The notes: generated by a model not told the origin, from the sequence alone. 27,656 bases of DNA from an uncultured Chloroflexia bacterium (GCA_963751345.1 CAVVUS010000029.1:1-27656); one strand, 5' to 3'; counted from the first letter of the stretch, positions 16,846 to 25,597 are shown. Translations and numbers: made by a program.

Positions 16846-17850
16846 GTACGTTGCCGCCTTGCGGCAGTACTCCTCGAATAACCTGACGTAGATGCGGTAT
16901 TCCTCCAGCGACACCTCGGGCGGTGTCTGGTGATCGACCGACGGTATGTAGCCGCCGGAGCGCATCACGGGCAGGAGCCGCTCGAACTCGGCGCGCATCG
17001 CTGCCTCGCTGCGGAACATCACCATCTTGTCGTAGCCCCCCATCATCAGGAACTCGGGATAGTCGCGGCGGATCTTCGCGATGTCGACGCCAGCCTGACG
17101 CTCCAGCGGATAGACGCCCTCAATGCCGGCGTCCAGCATCCAGGGGATCATCTTGCTGATGTCGCCATCGCTGTCGATCAGCACCTTGACCCCGTAATCC
17201 TTGATGTGCGGGAGCACACGGCGGTAGTAGGGCAGCAGAAAGGTGTCAAAGGCGCCGCGGGAGAGCATCGGGCCGTGGTTGTAGGACATGTCCTCCCCGA
17301 ACCCCACCATGTCCGGGCGCAGCACGGGGAAGAGCGCCTCGACGGCCCTAATGCAGAAGTCGGCCAGGTCACTGTTCATCCGGTGCATCAGCGCGGGTTG
17401 GTCGTAGAAAGCGTAGAAGTGCGGCTCGATCCCGAAGAGCGTCCGCGGGAACCAGAAGAACCCGTCCAGCCATAGGCGGAGTATAACCTCGCCCCGTTCG
17501 TGCTTGGCCTTGAGAGCGCGAGCGGCGTGGATCGCATCCTCAATGATGGCATCCGTGTAGAGGTAGGGCAGGATCGCCTCGTAGGACGCCTCGTCAGTGA
17601 TGATCGGGCCGCCGTGGGTGGTGGGGCCGGGGCAGCCCGCCCCGCGCGCACCGGCGTTGATCAGGAGCATCGGATCGAGGCCGAAGTAGGTCTGCGACGC
17701 CTCGTGGTCCATCCCAACGGGCAATCCCTCACCCTCCCACCGCTGGATCGTCTTGTCCCACCACGGCGCCCACTCCACCATCGGCAGCCGGTCGGCGGGC
17801 CGGCGGAAGTTGAGGACGTCAAGGAAGCGCTGTCGAGGCGTCATCGTCAC
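16846..17850 (-). CDS. URO-D-like family protein, copy A (stop apparently lost by a 1-nt deletion; reads on to 16759)
   Basis: MTPRQRF, EDMSYNHGPMLS, IDSDG, GGYDK, GGYIPSVDH. I count 10 amino-acid differences from 19289-20293. The TAA of copy B reads TAC here. Confidence 0.85.
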
Positions 17851-18850
17851 ACGTATCGCCCATACCGATGCGCCGCTTCATACATCGCGACGACGTTCTC
17901 GGTGGGCGAGTTATCCTGAATCTGGTGGGTGGGCGAGAGCGCGTAGCCGCCGCCGGGCATCATCACTTCCAGCGTCTGCGCGTACATTCGCCACGACCTC
18001 CTCCACGGTTCCGTAGGCCAACGGACCGGCGGTCGAGATGCAGCCGTGAAAGGCCAGCCGGTCGCCATAGCGCGACTTGAGATAGGCCGGCGCCATGTCC
18101 TTTGCCTCCGGCTGCAGCGTATCGACGACGCTCGATCCCAATCTCGATGAAGTCGTCGAAAGCCCAACTGCTGGAGCCGCAGGAGTGGATGGCCACGGGG
18201 ATGCCGAACGACTCGCCCAGCGCCGCGAACTTGCGGTGCCAGGGCTTGATGTGCTTGCGATAGAGCCGCGGGCTGATCAGAGGGCCGCGCTGCGTGCCGA
18301 GGTCGTCGCCGAGCCACAAGACGTCGATGCGTCCCTTCGCCGACCTCCAATGTGCGCCGGGTGACCTCTAGCAGGATGTTGCTCTTGCGCTCGACATAGC
18401 GCAGAAAGACCGGATCATCGGTGATCAGATCGACCATCACCTGCTCCATGTTGCGGATCATCCCCGTGGCGTTGATCACGTCGGGCAGCCCTGCATTGCC
18501 CGCGACGATGCCGTAGCCGCGCCATCGATCGCAGGCCGTGACCACGGCGTCGTAGTCGTAGTCGTCGGGTGAGGGCATCGGCCAGGCCTCGACCTCCTCC
18601 AGCGTGGCGTCGCGGAGGGGAAAATCGCAGTAGTCCCAGTACCCGCCGGATTCGTGTTCGACGTACCGCGTGCGCACGCCCCAGCAGGGATCGACGTGGC
18701 GATCGGGCACCTCGGGGTGCAGCCGCGGCCCAACGTAAGGCGCGACCGACCGACCTGAAGTCAACGCCGAGGGCCTGGCGCAGCCCTTCGTCGTCGGTCG
18801 CCCCCAGGCCGAAGTGAGCCTTCAGCCGCGCGTCGATACCCGGATTGGAG
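17847..18850 (-). pseudogene. 5'-truncated, frameshifted copy of the URO-D-like gene at 20290-21375
   Basis: Lacks the first ~29 codons. Single-base insertions relative to copy B at ~17979, ~18133, ~18341 and ~18744. Confidence 0.75.
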
Positions 18851-18854
18851 CTTT

Positions 18855-19203
18855 CGGCAAACTCGATCCGTTGGCTGCGCACCCCGCGCCGAGCCCGCAG
18901 TTGGGTGGCCTTAAGTCGTCCCCGTGCGGTGCCGCGCCGGAAGGGCTGCCAGGAGCGGATCTCGGAGCTGGTCCGAAGGTGCTCGCGCTCCGCCAGACAG
19001 CTCACCGTGCCCTCAAGGCCCTCGAAAGCAGGAACCAGGTCGGGCCGGATGTCCATCGGCTCTTCTTCAAAACTCTCACCAAAGATCATCTGGCTGTAGA
19101 TCCCGCCGTAGACCTCGTGGTTCACATCCTCCAGACAGGCCCCCGTCAGATAGCGGGATATCGTCCCGAGGACACGTTCGGGATAGACGTCAATCGTGAC
19201 CAA
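18855..19203 (-). pseudogene. 5' fragment (~116 codons) of the GH51-like gene, fused in frame to the truncated URO-D-like gene
   Basis: Near-identical to 16414-16762 and keeps the AAGGAG RBS and TTG start. Ends at the duplication junction (...QRIEFA-ES-SNPGIDARLK). Confidence 0.8.
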
Positions 19204-19222
19204 TCGGTTTCTCCTTACCGTG

Positions 19223-19283
19223 AGACCTTTGGAGTTTCCTGGCCCTAGCAGACACTTGCTTGAGCAGGAAACCCCAAAGGTCT
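19223..19283. repeat. REP-like hairpin (duplicated copy)
   Basis: AGACCTTTGGAGTTTC...GAAACCCCAAAGGTCT, one arm mismatch. Confidence 0.78.
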
Positions 19284-19288
19284 TCCCG

Positions 19289-20293
19289 TTATGTGGCCGC
19301 CTTGCGACAGTACGTCTCGAAGAGCTCAACGTAGGTGCGGTATTCCTCCAACGACACCTCGGGTGGTGTCTGGTGATCGACTGACGGAATGTAGCCGCCG
19401 GAGCGCATCACGGGCAGGAGACGGTCGAACTCGGCGCGCATCGCCGCCTCGCTCCGGAACATCACCATCTTGTCGTAGCCCCCCATCATCAGGAACTCGG
19501 GATAGTCACGGCGGATCTTCGCGATGTCGACGCCAGCCTGGCGCTCCAGCGGGTAGACGCCCTCGATCCCGGCGTCCAGCATCCAGGGGATCATCTTGCT
19601 GATGTCGCCATCGCTGTCGATCAGCACCTTGACCCCGTAATCCTTGATGTGCGGGAGAACACGCCGGTAGTAGGGCAGCAGAAAGGTGTCAAAGGCGCCG
19701 CGGGAGAGCATCGGGCCGTGGTTGTAGGACATGTCCTCCCCGAACCCCACCATGTCCGGGCACAGCACGGGGAAGAGCGCCTCGACGGCCCTGACGCAGA
19801 AGTCGGCCAGGTCACTGTTCATCCGGTGCATCAGCGCGGGTTGGTCGTAGAAAGCGTAGAAGTGCGGCTCGATGCCGAAGAGCGTCCGCGGGAACCAGAA
19901 GAAGCCGTCCAGCCAGAGGCGGAGTATAACCTCGCCCCGCTCGTGCTTGGCCTTGAGAGCGCGAGCGGCGTGGATCGCGTCCTCAATGATAGCATCCGTG
20001 TAGAGATAGGGCAGGATCGCCTCGTAGGACGCCTCGTCAGTGACGATCGGGCCGCCGTGGGTGGTGGGGCCGGGGCAGCCCGCCCCGCGCGCGCCGGCGT
20101 TGATCAGGAGCATCGGATCGAGGCCGAAGTAGGTCTGCGACGCCTCGTGGTCCATCCCAACGGGCAATCCCTCACCCTCCCACCGCCGGGTCGTCTTATC
20201 CCACCACGGCGCCCACTCCACCATCGGCAGCCGGTCGGCGGGCCGGCGGAAATGAAGGACGTCGAGAAAGCGCTGTCGAGGCGTCATCGTCAC
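19289..20293 (-). CDS. URO-D-like family protein (DSDG type), copy B
   Basis: Intact 334 aa; EDMSYNHGPMLS, IDSDG, GGYDK, PSVDHQTPP. Start overlaps the upstream stop (GTGA). Confidence 0.88.
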   Translation of the reverse strand: MTMTPRQRFLDVLHFRRPADRLPMVEWAPWWDKTTRRWEGEGLPVGMDHEASQTYFGLDPMLLINAGARGAGCPGPTTHGGPIVTDEASYEAILPYLYTDAIIEDAIHAARALKAKHERGEVILRLWLDGFFWFPRTLFGIEPHFYAFYDQPALMHRMNSDLADFCVRAVEALFPVLCPDMVGFGEDMSYNHGPMLSRGAFDTFLLPYYRRVLPHIKDYGVKVLIDSDGDISKMIPWMLDAGIEGVYPLERQAGVDIAKIRRDYPEFLMMGGYDKMVMFRSEAAMRAEFDRLLPVMRSGGYIPSVDHQTPPEVSLEEYRTYVELFETYCRKAAT

Positions 20294-21375
20294 ACGTATC
20301 GCCCGTACCGATGCGCCGCTTCATACATCGCGACAACGTTCTCGGTGGGCGAATTGTCCTGGATCTGGTGGGTCGGCGAGAGCGCGTAGCCGCCGCCGGG
20401 CATCATCACCTCTAGCGTGTGGCGCACGTCTGTCACCACCTCGTCCACGGTGCCGTAGGCCAGCGGGCCGGCGGTCGAGATGCAGCCGTGAAAGGCCAGC
20501 CGGTCGCCATACCGCGACTTGAGATAAGCCGGCGCCATGTCCTTTGCCTCCGGCTGCAGCGTGTCAACGACGCTGATGCCAATCTCGATGAAATCGTCGA
20601 AGGCCCAACTGCTGGAGCCACAGGAATGGATGGCGACCGGAATGCCGAAGGAGGTACCCAGCGCTGCGAACTTGCGGTGCCACGGCTTGATGTGCTTGCG
20701 GTAGAGTCGCGGGCTGATCAGGGGGCCGCGCTGCGTGCCAAGGTCATCGCCGAGCCACAACACGTCGATGCGTCCCTTCGCGATCTCCAATGTGCGCCGG
20801 GTGACCTCCAGCAGGATGTTGCTCTTGCGCTCGACATAGCGCAGAAAGACCGGATCATCGGTGATCAGATCGACCATCACCTGCTCCATGTCGCGGATCA
20901 TCCCGGTGGCATTGATCACGTCGGGCAGCCCTGCATTCCCCGCGACGATGCCATAGCCGCGCCATCGATCGCAGGCCGTGACCACAGCGTCGTAGTCGTA
21001 GTCGTCGGGTGAGGGCATCGGCCAGGCCTCGACCTCCTCCAGCGTGGCGTCGCGGAGGGGAAAATCGCAGTAGTCCCAGTACCCCCCGGATTCGTGTTCG
21101 ACGTACCGCGTGCGCACGCCCCAGCAGGGATCGACCTGACGATCGGGCACCTCGGGGTGCAGCCGCGGTCCGGCATAGGGTGCTCCCACCGACCTGAAGT
21201 CCACGCCGAGGGCCTGTCGCAGCCCCTCGTCATCGGTAGCGTCCAGGTCGAAGTGCGTCTTCAGCCGCGCGTCGATACCCGGATTGGAGTAGTAGTTGAT
21301 CGGCACGCGGTCCGGCTCCTGTCGCGCAAACGCGGTCAGCACGCGCTCCCTCGATGTCATCGTCTGCCTTGCCAT
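20290..21375 (-). CDS. URO-D / MtaA-like family protein (HSCG type)
   Basis: MTSRERVLTAFARQEPDRVP, GDDLGTQRGPLISP, IHSCG, LQPEA, FHGCIST, GGYALSPTHQIQ. RBS GGAGG before ATG 21375. Confidence 0.9.
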   Translation of the reverse strand: MARQTMTSRERVLTAFARQEPDRVPINYYSNPGIDARLKTHFDLDATDDEGLRQALGVDFRSVGAPYAGPRLHPEVPDRQVDPCWGVRTRYVEHESGGYWDYCDFPLRDATLEEVEAWPMPSPDDYDYDAVVTACDRWRGYGIVAGNAGLPDVINATGMIRDMEQVMVDLITDDPVFLRYVERKSNILLEVTRRTLEIAKGRIDVLWLGDDLGTQRGPLISPRLYRKHIKPWHRKFAALGTSFGIPVAIHSCGSSSWAFDDFIEIGISVVDTLQPEAKDMAPAYLKSRYGDRLAFHGCISTAGPLAYGTVDEVVTDVRHTLEVMMPGGGYALSPTHQIQDNSPTENVVAMYEAAHRYGRYV

Positions 21376-21595
21376 AGGTCGACCTCCATGCCTCATTGTA
21401 GAACAGCGTAGTGGTATCACGGTTTGTCGGGATTGCCAACACCCGCCGAAACTGCGCCGACCAAGGTCGATGATCCGGACACCAACACCGTGGGGGCACA
21501 CGCATACCCGCAGCGGGATCGGCGAGAGCGGTGACAGTCCGGACGGCGGCGGCCATCGTGACACCGCGCCGTCTTGGGATTGCGTCGTCTCGGAA

Positions 21596-21623
21596 TTGTG
21601 CGTGGGAGAAGGGACGCTATACT
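21596..21623 (+). promoter_or_regulatory. Sigma70-type promoter for the beta-helix lipoprotein gene
   Basis: TTGTGC, 16 bp, TATACT, about 40 bp upstream of ATG 21665. Confidence 0.5.
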
Positions 21624-21664
21624 CATCATTAGCGTCGACCCTCCACAATGAACGAGGTGACACG

Positions 21665-23197
21665 ATGCATAACCAGTACCGAAGGATAACGGTGCAGGTG
21701 CCGACCGCCCGGCTGATCGGCCTCGGGTTGCTGGTCTTGGTGAGTCTCCTCTTCTCCTGCCGATCAGGGGAACCACCGGACGAAGGGGCCGGCCTGATGG
21801 CGCCCGTCGCCACACCTCCCCCTATGGCCACGGCTGCCGACATCGTAGCCACGGACTGCACCTACCACGTCGCCCCGGACGGCAGTGATGATGATCCCGG
21901 CTCAGCCGCAGCGCCCTGGGCCACCTTCGAGCACGCCGCCGAGGTCGCGGAAGCCGGCGACACGGTCTGCTTCGCGGGCGGCGACTATACCGGCGACGAG
22001 ACCCACCTGGCCCGGTCGGGCACACCGGACGCCCCCATCCGCTTCGTCGCCTACCCCGGCGAGTCGCCGGTATTGAGCGGATACGCTCTGATCTTCGACC
22101 GCGGCATCTCCGACGTGCGGGTCAGCGGCTTCGCGCTGCGGGACTTCTCGGTGTGGGGCATCACCCTCTCGGGCGACAACCGGAACATTCAACTGGACCA
22201 CCTGGACATCGGTGGCGGCGAGGCGGCCATCCACCTCACGTACGGCGAGGGCTCCGAGTCGCCACCGGCGGAAGGCCCGGTCGATCACGTCACGCTGGAG
22301 GACGCGCTCCTCCACGACAGCGAGTACACGGCACTGGACTGCACACCCGGTCCCTGCAACGAGGTGACCATCCGCCGGGTGGAGGTCTTCGGCAGCGGGC
22401 TTCGGGGCGACGACTCGTACGGCGCCGACGGCATCGCCATCACGCGCGGGTACCCGATCCTCGTCGAGGACTGCTTCGTCCACGACAACGGCGGCGATGG
22501 CATCGACCTAAACTCGCGCGACCGGGAGGGGAACGCGACGGACGTCGTCGTTCGCCGCAACCGCGTGGTCCGGAACCATCAGAACGGGATCAAGCTCTGG
22601 GCCGGGGGACGGATCGAGAACAACCTGATCTGGGGCCAGGGCAACACCGCGGTGTGGTCTGGCTCTTTCCCGAGCACGCTGGAGATCGTCAACAACACGA
22701 TCGCCTACAATATGTGGGAAACCTCTTACGGTGAGCGCAACTATGCGATGGCCATAGGTTACCCCGAGGAGATGGAATCCCCTCCCGTGGCGCTGACGCT
22801 GGTGAACAACATCGTCGCCTTCAATGCCGATCCCTCCGATGGCGGACCGACCGGCGTCTATCTCGGGCCCGGCGTGACCCTGATCCGTGAGGGCAGCAAC
22901 CTCTTCCACAGCCAGGCCGACGCCGAAATCGCAGCCGAGTTCGTCACAGGGCGCGACACGGACATCTCACGGGATGAGATCGCCGACGGCACATGGGCCG
23001 GCGCCACCGGTCAGGGGCAGGGCGACCTCGTCGCGGATCCACGCTTCATTGCGGGCTGGCCACAGGCTGACCTGCATCTGCTGCCGGACAGTCCCGCCCT
23101 CGGAGCTGCATCCCCTGACGTCGCCCCGCCCGACGACCTCGACGGTCGCCCGCGCAGCGGCCCGGCCGACCTCGGGGCGTACGACAGCGGGAACTAG
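21665..23197 (+). CDS. Right-handed parallel beta-helix repeat protein, probable lipoprotein (pectin lyase-like fold)
   Basis: Basic/hydrophobic signal with LFS-C lipobox, Pro/Ala/Thr linker, YHVAPDGSDDDPGSAAAPWAT N-cap, repeated DN-GDGIDL / RN-QNGIKL / NNTIAYN coils, and a C-terminal DLHLLPDSPA...DLDGRPR...DLGAYD tail. RBS GAGGTG. Confidence 0.85.
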   Translation: MHNQYRRITVQVPTARLIGLGLLVLVSLLFSCRSGEPPDEGAGLMAPVATPPPMATAADIVATDCTYHVAPDGSDDDPGSAAAPWATFEHAAEVAEAGDTVCFAGGDYTGDETHLARSGTPDAPIRFVAYPGESPVLSGYALIFDRGISDVRVSGFALRDFSVWGITLSGDNRNIQLDHLDIGGGEAAIHLTYGEGSESPPAEGPVDHVTLEDALLHDSEYTALDCTPGPCNEVTIRRVEVFGSGLRGDDSYGADGIAITRGYPILVEDCFVHDNGGDGIDLNSRDREGNATDVVVRRNRVVRNHQNGIKLWAGGRIENNLIWGQGNTAVWSGSFPSTLEIVNNTIAYNMWETSYGERNYAMAIGYPEEMESPPVALTLVNNIVAFNADPSDGGPTGVYLGPGVTLIREGSNLFHSQADAEIAAEFVTGRDTDISRDEIADGTWAGATGQGQGDLVADPRFIAGWPQADLHLLPDSPALGAASPDVAPPDDLDGRPRSGPADLGAYDSGN

Positions 23198-23200
23198 ACC

Positions 23201-24056
23201 CTACGCCGAGGCCGGCGGCGCCAGCAGCCGCTGCACGTTGCCGCCCAGGATCAGCGCCTTCTCCTCGTCGGGCACAAAGTCGCAGTGCTCACGGAAGGCG
23301 TCTAGCGCCTGGCAGTAGGTCACGTGGAGCGTGGCGACGGGGTAATCGGACCCCCAACACAGACGCTCAGCGCCGTAGCGGTCGTAGATCGCGCGGACGA
23401 GCCAGTGCGCCGCGGCGAAGGGGTACTCGTCGCTCCCCCCGGTCGCGTAGTAGAAGCCGGACAGCTTGAGATAGACGTTCGGGCAGCGAGCCGATATCAG
23501 GATCTCGCTCAGGTCCTCATAGGGCGGCGCCTCGTCAGCCGTGGGATGCCCGAGATGATGGCATAGCACAGGCACGGTCGGGAACCGATCCGCGAGCGCC
23601 CGGATCGCCTTCTGCTGGTGCGGGTAGCAACTCAGGCTCGCAAACAAGCCTAGATCCGCAGCCGCCGTAAAGAGCGCAACCCCATCCTCCGACCCGAGCC
23701 AGGCACCATCGTCATCGTGTGCCAGGTAGTGCGTGAAGCCCTTGATCGGCCAGCGCTCGGCGATCTCCCGGAGCCGCTCGCCGGCGCCAGGTATATGGTA
23801 GGTCGTCGACCAGGCACTATCAAGATCCGCAACCTGGTGGAGACGTTTCGGGATAGGCGGCGACGCGATCGGCGACGTAGGCATTGTTGTCAGGATTATG
23901 GTCGATCTGCGCACAGACGACCACCGCCTGATCGATGCCGTGTGCGTCCATCTCGTGGAGCAACTGCTCAACTCGGCCACGATGCTCCGGATCGGGCACT
24001 TCAGGCCGGTACGGCCAGTAAGACCACGCATGACAGTGACTATCGATAATCGGCAT
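23201..24056 (-). CDS. Amidohydrolase family (Amidohydro_2), sugar-lactonase-like (frameshift near 23850)
   Basis: IIDSHCHAW (HxH), VLCHHLG, NVYLKLSG, RLCWGSDYP. The two ORF halves join after removing one base at ~23850. Confidence 0.85.
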
Positions 24057-24073
24057 AATGAGGCTCCTTCGGA

Positions 24074-24196
24074 AGCAGACAGCTTTCAGCTTTCAGCGGG
24101 CGTAAGGAGTAGGAAGTAGGCTGCGAAACTTACTCCTTACTCCGTACTCCCTACTTCCGCCTCTCGCTGACAGCTGAAAGCTAACGGCTGACCGCT
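24074..24196. repeat. Nested inverted arrays of 7-bp repeats
   Basis: Outer arms (AGCTTTC)n at 24074-24097 and (GCTGAAA)n at 24166-24196; inner arms (GTAAGGA)n at 24102-24120 and (CTTACTC)n at 24129-24156. Confidence 0.75.
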
Positions 24197-25354
24197 CTAA
24201 CCGTACCGCTCGATCCATTCCTCCCGGATCTCCAGCCCGAAGCCGGGCGCGTCGTTGGGCACGAGCCAACCGTCTTTGGCGATGGCCTGCCCGGGCAAGC
24301 GCGCGGCCTCCTCCAGCGGCACGCCGGGCGGCGAGGCGACGAAATACTCACCCCACGGCGAGGAAGGCGTGGCGAAGGTGAAGTGCTGGCCGAAGGGCGT
24401 GACGGCCCCGCCATGCAGGATCACGTGGATGCCGCCCGCGTCGGCCGCCGCCGCGATCCGGCGGACGGTCGTCATACCGCCGCACCAGTTGATGTCGGGC
24501 TGCAGGATGTCGACGACGTGGTGGTTGATCGCCCACTGGAAGGGAACGTGGCTGTACCAGTGCTCGCCGGTCGCCAGGGTCTGCCAGGGCAGGCGTTCTC
24601 GAAGTGCCACGTGCGCGTCGAAGTCCTCCGGGATCAGGCACTCCTCCATCCACTTCAGCCGGTAGGGGCGCAAGACCTCGGCAAGGCGCACGGTGTACTC
24701 GACGTCAAAGGCCATCCAGCAGTCGAGCATCAGTTCGGCCTCGTCGCCGATGATCTCGCGCGCCTTCGCTACGAAGGCCTCATTGCGCCGAATGCCGTCC
24801 CACCCGTCCGCGGGCCCATACGGGCACGCCAGCTTGAATCCCCTGAACCCCAACTCCTTGTACCAGTCGACGTCATTGCCCGTCGCGTAGCAGAAGATGC
24901 GATCCTTCTGCGGGCCGCCGAGCAGGCCGTACACGGGCTGCTCGAGCAGCTTCCCCTTCAGGTCCCACAAGGCCAGATCGATGCCGCTGATCGCGTATGA
25001 AGCCAGGCCCGTCGTTCCATAGGGCTTGGTCATCCGGAACATCAGGTCCGCGTGGAAGTCGGTCGCCAGGCAGTCCTCGCCCACCATCTGCGACGCGAGA
25101 TGCTCGACGACGGGCGCTAACGCCCTGGCATAGGAGAGCGTGCCGAGACCCCAAGTGCCATCCTCGGCCGTCACTTTGACCCAGGCCCCCTCCCAACGAG
25201 GTAGCCACAGACTGCGGTGCGCCTTCACCTTCGCATACCGCGACATCGGGTTGGCTACCTCGGCCTCTGTGTTCCACGAGGGGCGCCGGGGCGGCGTCTT
25301 GGCCTCGTGGCGGGGGAGATTGACGCGTACGACGCTGATATCGGTGATCTGCAT
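24197..25354 (-). CDS. Enolase superfamily acid-sugar dehydratase, L-rhamnonate dehydratase-like
   Basis: RhmD-like VANPMSRY N-terminal motif, AISGIDLALWDL, metal ligands MLDCWM / WMEECL / TGEH, LQPDINWCGG, ILHG. RBS AAGGAGG. Exact substrate not certain. Confidence 0.85.
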   Translation of the reverse strand: MQITDISVVRVNLPRHEAKTPPRRPSWNTEAEVANPMSRYAKVKAHRSLWLPRWEGAWVKVTAEDGTWGLGTLSYARALAPVVEHLASQMVGEDCLATDFHADLMFRMTKPYGTTGLASYAISGIDLALWDLKGKLLEQPVYGLLGGPQKDRIFCYATGNDVDWYKELGFRGFKLACPYGPADGWDGIRRNEAFVAKAREIIGDEAELMLDCWMAFDVEYTVRLAEVLRPYRLKWMEECLIPEDFDAHVALRERLPWQTLATGEHWYSHVPFQWAINHHVVDILQPDINWCGGMTTVRRIAAAADAGGIHVILHGGAVTPFGQHFTFATPSSPWGEYFVASPPGVPLEEAARLPGQAIAKDGWLVPNDAPGFGLEIREEWIERYG

Positions 25355-25597
25355 GACGCAACCTCCTTGATAGGTGGATCTCCATTCTCGTCCAGAAATG
25401 GAACTTGCGCAACTCCACACTTCCTGGAACCCAAGCCGGATCGACGCTCTTGCCGCGCCTGGAAAGATCAGCATCCAATTGTGGTGCATCCGTAGTCTTC
25501 CCAGGCTCGCATTCCTCGAAGCCCACGTCCGCGATTCCAGATGAGCGGGTATACTAAACGTATCGCAATCGGTCGCAACGGGCGAGAGGAGACACCT

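Larger units (their letters stand above)
16414..18850. repeat. Tandem duplication unit, copy A (~2.44 kb)
   Basis: Collinear with 18855-21289 throughout (GH51 5' part, REP hairpin, two URO-D-like genes), separated by 4 nt (cttt, 18851-18854). Confidence 0.95.
18855..21289. repeat. Tandem duplication unit, copy B (~2.44 kb)
   Basis: Collinear with 16414-18850; many third-position substitutions and no frameshifts in this copy. Confidence 0.95.

Noticed and set aside
11243-21375. Calling the URO-D-like genes hemE
   Set aside because: They lack the HemE N-terminal W-x-MRQAGR motif and there are no tetrapyrrole genes nearby.
21296-21861. Apparent overlap between extended ORFs 20290-21861 (-) and 21296-23197 (+)
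   Set aside because: RBS and homology place the starts at 21375 and 21665, leaving a normal divergent promoter region.
25355-25597. Riboswitch or ncRNA in long intergenic regions (also 9887-10050 and 14444-14580)
   Set aside because: Only short hairpins; I recognise no Rfam-type consensus. A covariance-model search would be needed to exclude one.
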